A stretch of 39,889 nt of DNA from Octopus bimaculoides (lineage: Eukaryota), in the NCBI RefSeq assembly GCF_001194135.2, contig NC_068989.1:95084137-95124025 (forward strand), given 5' to 3'. This document shows, one piece after another, positions 35,740 through 39,889 of the stretch (the stretch's first letter is position 1; each line of letters starts with the position of its first letter). The notes under the pieces are model-generated. The model saw nothing but the letters and a program-made list of their open reading frames with translations. It did not search any database and was not told where the DNA came from. The position numbers and the translations under genes are program-made.

Positions 35740-35915
35740 GTCTTCTGTCTTTTACTTATTTCAATTATTGGACTGAGGCCATGCTGGGGCACCATCTTCG
35801 AAACCAATACTTATTTTTCTTTTACAGCCTGGAACTTATTCTATCGGTCTCTTTTACCGAATTGCTAAACACATCAAGCCATCGGGACAAACACAAAGAC
35901 ACAAACACACGCATA
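35740..35915 (-). mobile_element. SINE family B, 3' half
   Basis: ggactgaggccatgctggggcacc...acttattctatcggtctcttttaccgaattgctaa...gggacaaacacaaagacac. Confidence 0.75.
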
Positions 35916-35921
35916 CATACG

Positions 35922-36074
35922 TAACTTCCTAATCACATGGTTCCAGATTCAATCCCATTGCATGGCACCTTGGGCAAGTGTCTTCTACTATAGCCTCAGG
36001 CCGACCAATGCCTTGTGAATGGATTTGGTAGACAGAAACTGAAAGAAGCCCCTTGCAAATATGTGTATTTGAGG

Positions 36075-36134
<60 letters not shown>

Positions 36135-36338
36135 GTGTGTATTTATATGTGCATGCGGGAATATGTGTGTGTGTCTTTATGCTTGCTTGTCCCCCACCAC
36201 CGCTTAATAAGCTGTGTTGGTGTGTTTCATCCCTGTAACTTAGAGGTTCAGCAAAAGACACTGATCGAACAAGTACTGGTGGTCGATTCGATGAAGATAG
36301 TGCGGCAGCATGTTCGCAGTCTAATGACTGAAACCAGT
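35922..36338 (+). mobile_element. SINE family B with internal (GA)n expansion
   Basis: cacatggttccagattcaatcccattgcatggcaccttgggcaagtgtcttctactatagcctcaggccgaccaatgccttgtgaatggatttggtagac...gcagtctaatgactgaaac. Confidence 0.9.
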
Positions 36339-36356
36339 AATATATATATATATACC

Positions 36357-36396
36357 GGCCATGACGAAGGGAAATAGCCCTGAAACTCGAGTCGCC
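36357..36396 (+). ncRNA. Minimal type I hammerhead with palindromic TCGA loop III (third family)
   Basis: GGC-C(A)TGACGA-AGGG-AAATAG-CCCT-GAAAC-TCGA-GTC-GCC. Every hammerhead element is present, with one extra A in the core. Confidence 0.6.
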
Positions 36397-36979
36397 TTTA
36401 TATACTTATATTTATATTGAACACTCAATATTTCATCTACATTCAATACTTTATTTCATGGTGCCATCCATTTTTATTTTATTTTATTTTATATTATATG
36501 TTGTATATTATATTATATATTGTATATTCCATATTCTATATCCCACATTGGTTCTGCAGGAATATAAATAAAACATAAAAAACAGACAGTGTTGGAACTC
36601 TTTTAAACAAAATAATATATTCCTCTATANNNNNNNNNNNNNNNNNNNNNNNNNNNNNNNNNNNNNNNNNNNNNNNNNNNNNNNNNNNNNNNNNNNNNNN
36701 NNNNNNNNNNNNNNNNNNNNNNNNNNNNNNNNNNNNNNNNNNNNNNNNNNNNNNNNNNNNNNNNNNNNNNNNNNNNNNNNNNNTATATATATATATATAT
36801 ATACGTATGGTGAAGACATAGAAATAAACAAAAAAATCAACATATTAGACGAAGCATTTACACTATTGATTTCAGTTCTTTAAATTGTCACTTGGTAAAA
36901 CAGAGCTACGCAGCACCAAAATTGACGACGATCCTTTCTTCAATTACAAATTAGTAGATGTAATCTATCGATCCAGAAT

Positions 36980-37510
36980 GGATAATTCATCAAAGAATTT
37001 TAGAAAAATGCCTTTGAAGGTTTCAGAAACAAGACACCAGTTCCGGATAAGATTCTAGCTGTCATCTGGAAGTTTGATATTCCACAAAAATCTGTTTGGC
37101 TTCTGTGAGACCTATAAAGGAAACAAACGAAATCTTCTTGAATCTTCAATTGTTCCAGATCCAAAGAAAAGCAACTTTAAAACTGGTTTAGAATTACAGA
37201 AGAACTGTATTCTTACTTCGAAAGTTTATCATTCTATGCTCCTTGAATAAAATTCCTTGTTATATTGATGCCGTCCTACGACGAAACGTCTTCTACAAAG
37301 TTAAATCAACTCTACCACAGACACTTGCCATCAAGCCTTTCACTTTGTTCCAACAACGGTACAAAACCCAAGGGGTCAGTAACTTCAAGTACTTTGGCTC
37401 CTACGTTGCTGACAATAAGAAATACTTACTTACACGCATGGGACAAGCCCGGAGTGTCTGAAATAAGCTTAAAAATCATGTGGCACTCAAGCATTTCAGA
37501 TGAGTCTTCT
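36980..37510 (+). mobile_element. RTE/RTE-X-like LINE reverse transcriptase relic
   Basis: FIKEF*KNAFEGF / KILAVIWKFDIPQKSVWLL*DL / VSNFKYFGSYVADNKKYLLTRMGQARSV*NKL / IMWHSSIS, compared with F.DFKKAFD..YGIP.KIV...LY..V.DFKYLGS.......R..QAW....KL..IW.S.IS. Confidence 0.7.
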
Positions 37511-38211
37511 TTCTGGTGTCGAAACTTCGATTATGAAGAACATAATATGGGTGGAAGGTAGCGAGAGATCGATAGAGACAGAGTGGGAGAAGAGATTCGA
37601 TACCAGATACAAAGAGAAACAGTTGCAGTTGACGGAATATATCATTGGGATATTAAAGTAAATGTGCATACATGTGTGTGTGTTTATGTGTGTGTGTGTA
37701 TGTGTGTGTGTATGTGTGTCTGTGTGTGTGTCTGTGTGTGTGTGTCTGTGTGTGTCTGTGTGCGTGTACGTGCGTGTATTTGTCAGCCTAGTAACATTGA
37801 TTTTGGCCGCAAGTCTTCATACCGGACCTTCCGATCTTCTCCTCCCTCTCCCACATACACATAGAACCTACATGCTAGGTTAATGAACATATTTCTCGTT
37901 TGCTCATTAACACTTTTGATAAGAGTACGTTACTCGAAATATCAAGACCACTGTTAATCTAACATTTCATTACGTTTCATATTGTTAGAATTTATGTTGA
38001 ATTATCTGACTGCATTGCTGTAGTTTTCTACGACATACTGATCGGATGCATTACATTCAAGATGCATTATGTTAAAACTAGTTGAAACATTATCTTAGAT
38101 AAATCAATACGAATTGCAGAGATAATATTTTTTTAATATTTATTATGAAAAATTTATAAGTTTTGTTAAAAATGGCTTCTTCAAACGGTGGGAAAAGATA
38201 TTTGTAAATTT

Positions 38212-38540
38212 AATACTGCCATTCTGTCGGCTACGACAATAAAAGTTCCAGTTGATCTGATAAATGGAACAGCTTGCTCGTGAAATCAACGTGCATGTGG
38301 TTGAGCACTTCACAGCCACACGTACATTAATATAAGTTCGCATGGAAATTCAGTACGACACAGAATGTGATAACGCTGGCCATTTGAAATACAGGTACTA
38401 CTCATTTTTGTCAACGGGGTGGACTGGAGCAACGTGAAATAAAATGTCTTGCTCAAGAATACAATGCGCCGCCGGGAATCGAACTCATGACCTTAAGATC
38501 GTTACCTAAATACCTTCACCACTGAGCCACGCACCTTCAC
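38212..38540 (-). mobile_element. SINE family D (tRNA head plus CORE-like)
   Basis: gactggagcaacgtgaaataaaatgtcttgctcaag...ccgggaatcgaactc (B box on minus strand)...accactgagccacgc (A box on minus strand). Confidence 0.8.
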
Positions 38541-38558
38541 AGTAAATTTAATAATAAT

Positions 38559-38772
38559 GATTTAAAATTTTTGCCACAAGGGCAGCTGGGGGAGGGGATT
38601 AATTCGATTACATCGACCTCACTGTCTCACTGGTATTTATTTAATCGACCCCGAAAGGATGAAAGGCAATGTCGACCTAGTCGGAATTTGAACTCAGAAC
38701 GTAGCGACTGGCGAAATACTGCTAGGTATTCCGTCCAGCGTGCTACCGATTCTACAAGCTCGCCACCTTAAT
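38559..38772 (-). mobile_element. SINE family A with 17-bp target-site duplication
   Basis: Family A body flanked by gtaaatttaataataat at 38542-38558 and 38773-38789. Confidence 0.9.
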
Positions 38773-38977
38773 GTAAATTTAATAATAATATAATGTGAGA
38801 AGGGTGGCTAGCAAGAAAATTACTGGCAATTTATCGATGAGATAATTAGGTTAATGAGGAGAGGTGATACATGGAAGATTATCAGGTAAGGATAACTGAA
38901 TAGGTAACAGAAAATGGGGTTCTATCGTGGGTCATCTAAGTAAAAGATTTAATTGAAACCAGCAAAGAGATATACAT

Positions 38978-39012
<35 letters not shown>

Positions 39013-39089
39013 ATGCGAGTGAGTGTGTGACTTTTGATTGTGGTCAAATTTCGGTTAAGACGACAAAGTATGTATTTTAATATAGCCAC

Positions 39090-39235
39090 AGCCTGAAACC
39101 TTTGGACTGGTAATTAAGTTGTTGGTCTTACTTTTGCTAATTAACGATTTCGATTCTCCGACCAAGCGACGCATTATGTTCTTGAGCTAAGCACTTCATT
39201 TCCTGTCTTTATAATCTACTCAACTGTAATAAAGT
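39090..39235 (+). mobile_element. SINE family D head fragment, diverged
   Basis: ttcgattctccgaccaagcgacgcattatgttcttgagctaagcacttcatttc, similar to the reverse complement of 38420-38490. Confidence 0.55.
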
Positions 39236-39504
39236 CTTAGCAACAACTTAGAAATTAAGCCTGCAACAGACAGGCATCACATTCAGAGACGAGACATGCA
39301 TTGAGTCCCGAAGCGCCTCAGAAACCTAGAGACGTTCCGGATTCATGAGAGTGTACGCTCGAGGCACATTTTCATAGACAAAGTAACGGTTTAAATGTAG
39401 GATAACAAAGAAATTGGTAAAGATAGGGGTTACTGGAAATGATCATCATTTGAAGTTTGGAAAGAAGGTTGCCCTGTGTTGGAATATTTGTAGGTTCTCT
39501 AATA

Positions 39505-39806
39505 ATCGTTATTTGATGAAGACTCTCAGCTTATTTTGCTTGGTGTGATGGAAAGTGTCGTCTGTCCACAGCCAGCAGACCAATATGATACTTGTTTATT
39601 GGTCATGCTTCAAGAACTCTGCGAAGAACTCTTGCAGTTCCAAGCAATGATGATTTTTGTAGGTGTTCTACCTTTACGTTTGTACCAATCTTTTTTGGAT
39701 GAGTGCTGATACTTCCAAGCGTGCCAATCACTATTGATACCATACACATTCTCCTCATTACCCACAATCTACGTATTTTCCCTCTTCAATTTGTCACAGT
39801 TGTTCC

Positions 39807-39807
<1 letters not shown>
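39505..39807 (-). mobile_element. 5'-truncated R4/Dong-like RLE non-LTR retrotransposon (C-terminus plus 3' UTR)
   Basis: Minus strand: DKLKRE(fs)IRRLWVMRRMCMVSIVIGTLGSISTHPKKIGTNVKVEHLQKSSLLGTARVLRRVLEA* (stop at 39605-39603), matching the R4-clade P.VIGALG...LQK..LLGTAR.LR.VL end. Abuts (TAA)n. Confidence 0.85.
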
Positions 39808-39850
<43 letters not shown>

Positions 39851-39889
39851 TATTATTATTATTATTATCATTATTATTATTATTATTCA
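39808..39889. repeat. (TTA)n microsatellite
   Basis: Direct reading to the window end. Confidence 0.95.

Noticed and set aside
37265-37292. Hammerhead-like TTGATGCC-GTC..GAC-GAAACGTC
   Set aside because: Two core mismatches and no stem I; lies inside the RTE relic.

Overview
AT-rich, microsatellite-dense eukaryotic DNA with seven N-gaps. No host protein-coding gene can be supported; most ORFs in the track are microsatellite read-throughs. The repeat content (tRNA-derived SINEs, some with a CORE-like ACTTGCCCAAGG motif) closely resembles what I recall of octopus genomes, so the source is probably Octopus (inference). Contents: about 25 SINE copies in three families; decayed relics of RTE-type LINEs (four), a HERO/NeSL-like and an R4/Dong-like RLE retrotransposon, a Tc1/mariner transposase and two Penelope-like (PLE) ORFs; a 200-bp inverted-repeat element; and several mini- and microsatellites. 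The most notable signal is five minimal hammerhead-ribozyme (HHR) motifs from three sequence families, all with the very short palindromic stem III of PLE-associated, dimer-dependent hammerheads. One family is a chimera of a tRNA-like Pol III head, a (TAA)n linker and a hammerhead. It occurs at two loci, both with an inverted duplication hinged at the head 5' end, and one is bounded by a 12-bp target-site duplication. All calls were made by eye with no database search; most element boundaries are approximate (about +/-10-20 nt), and ribozyme activity is untested.
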